A stretch of 64,000 bases of DNA from Actinomycetota bacterium. Lineage in GTDB: Bacteria; Actinomycetota; Coriobacteriia; Anaerosomatales; SLCP01. Every line of letters starts with the position of its first letter. The stretch's first letter is position 1. A model generated the notes under the pieces. It was not told where the DNA came from. It saw nothing but the letters and a program-made list of their open reading frames with translations, and ran no database searches. Location: NCBI GenBank assembly GCA_037446725.1, contig JBBIIC010000005.1:5886-69885 (forward strand), in the 5' to 3' direction. Positions 63,515-64,000 of the stretch are shown one piece after another. A program made the translations under genes and the position numbers.

Positions 63515-63548
63515 CGGTCCGGGCGGGACTCGCGTCCCGCCCGGACCG
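63515..63548 (-). other. Perfect 15-bp stem-loop between the substrate-binding gene and livH
   Basis: CGGTCCGGGCGGGAC-tcgc-GTCCCGCCCGGACCG, 31 nt after the binding-protein stop. Confidence 0.45.
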
Positions 63549-63578
63549 TGTGACTACGGAGCTGTGTGGTCCCCCGTG

Positions 63579-64000
63579 CTACTCGGTGAAGGGAACCCAG
63601 GCGCCGTCGCGCACGACGTACGGGGTGATAGCCTTATTGGTGGTGTCACCGTTCTCGTCGAACGAAACGGTGCCCGTCACGCCCTGCATGTTGGTGGCGG
63701 CAACGGCTTCGATGATGGCCTGCTTGCCGGCAACGGAGGCGACTTCCTCGGCGCCGAGGTCCTCGGCGACGGCTTTGATGGCCTCGATTATGACCATGGC
63801 GGCATCGTAGGCGTACGTGTCATAAGCCTCGATGGTCTGGCCGGGGAAGGTGGCCTCGAACATCTCGGTGAACTCCTGGCCCTTCGGCTGCTCGGAAAGC
63901 GGCAGGCCGACGGAGGTCGCGAAGTCGCCCTCGGCGTTCGCGGCACCAGCGATATCAACGAACTGCTGGGTGTACAGACCGTCGCCGCCCATCAGCGGAC
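63579..64000 (-). CDS. Branched-chain amino acid ABC transporter substrate-binding protein, C-terminal part (runs off the right edge)
   Basis: The open frame continues to base 64000. The C-terminal sequence ...TGTVSFDENGDTTNKAITPYVVRDGAWVPFTE is typical of LivJ/K-type (Peripla_BP_6) binding proteins. Confidence 0.85.
   Translation of the reverse strand, partial: PLMGGDGLYTQQFVDIAGAANAEGDFATSVGLPLSEQPKGQEFTEMFEATFPGQTIEAYDTYAYDAAMVIIEAIKAVAEDLGAEEVASVAGKQAIIEAVAATNMQGVTGTVSFDENGDTTNKAITPYVVRDGAWVPFTE

Noticed and set aside
1-64000. CRISPR arrays, rRNA, transposases/IS elements, integrons, toxin-antitoxin or known defence-system genes
   Set aside because: Reading both strands, I found no regularly spaced direct repeats, no rRNA-like segments and no transposase, integrase or restriction/Cas-like ORFs. 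The only short tandem repeat is the 3x8-mer at 54203..54226.

Overview
GC-rich, gene-dense bacterial chromosome segment; most third codon positions are G/C. Content is almost entirely housekeeping and respiratory. Gene content and a Tad pilus locus with no secretin suggest a monoderm, probably anaerobic, Actinomycetota-like organism (inference only). All calls below rest on motif reading from the sequence; no searches were run.

Bases 1-16.3 kb (minus strand) form a heme super-cluster. It contains C5 tetrapyrrole genes (hemA, hemC, cobA-hemD fusion, hemB, sirC-like) and the siroheme-dependent alternative heme pathway (ahbA/B fragment, ahbC, ahbD). It also holds an embedded tRNA-Ala(CGC), a HemX/CcsA-like protein and a System I cytochrome c maturation operon (ccmE-F-A-B-C-D). 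The CcmE carries the variant CPSKY heme-binding motif plus a duplicated OB-fold domain.

Next come:
- an uncharacterised HTH + Rossmann-like gene pair
- coaX
- an OmpR-type two-component system
- a YhaO/YhaN (SbcF/SbcE)-like nuclease-ATPase pair
- bioY and birA, dedA, nadCBA, panCB, folKPE
- a Gram-positive-type tad/flp locus (two flp, tadE, tadG-like, cpaB, tadZ, cpaF, a VWA-tadB fusion, tadC), with an adjacent GAF-kinase/NarL pair
- ftsH-hpt-tilS

The plus-strand block at 50.9-59.7 kb starts with futalosine-pathway mqnE-mqnA-mqnC. It continues with an ArsR-family regulator followed by DsrE-like, TusA, DsrM-like (di-heme b) and DsrK/HdrD-like genes. This module is the most interesting candidate: a menaquinone-linked sulfur-carrier oxidoreductase with no DsrAB/DsrC in view. 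An MTAP-family phosphorylase and an amidohydrolase follow it.

The right end carries livF-G-M-H and a partial substrate-binding gene. I saw no CRISPR array, rRNA, transposase/integrase or prophage signal. Many long ORFs in the supplied track are antisense or upstream-extended artefacts typical of high-GC DNA.
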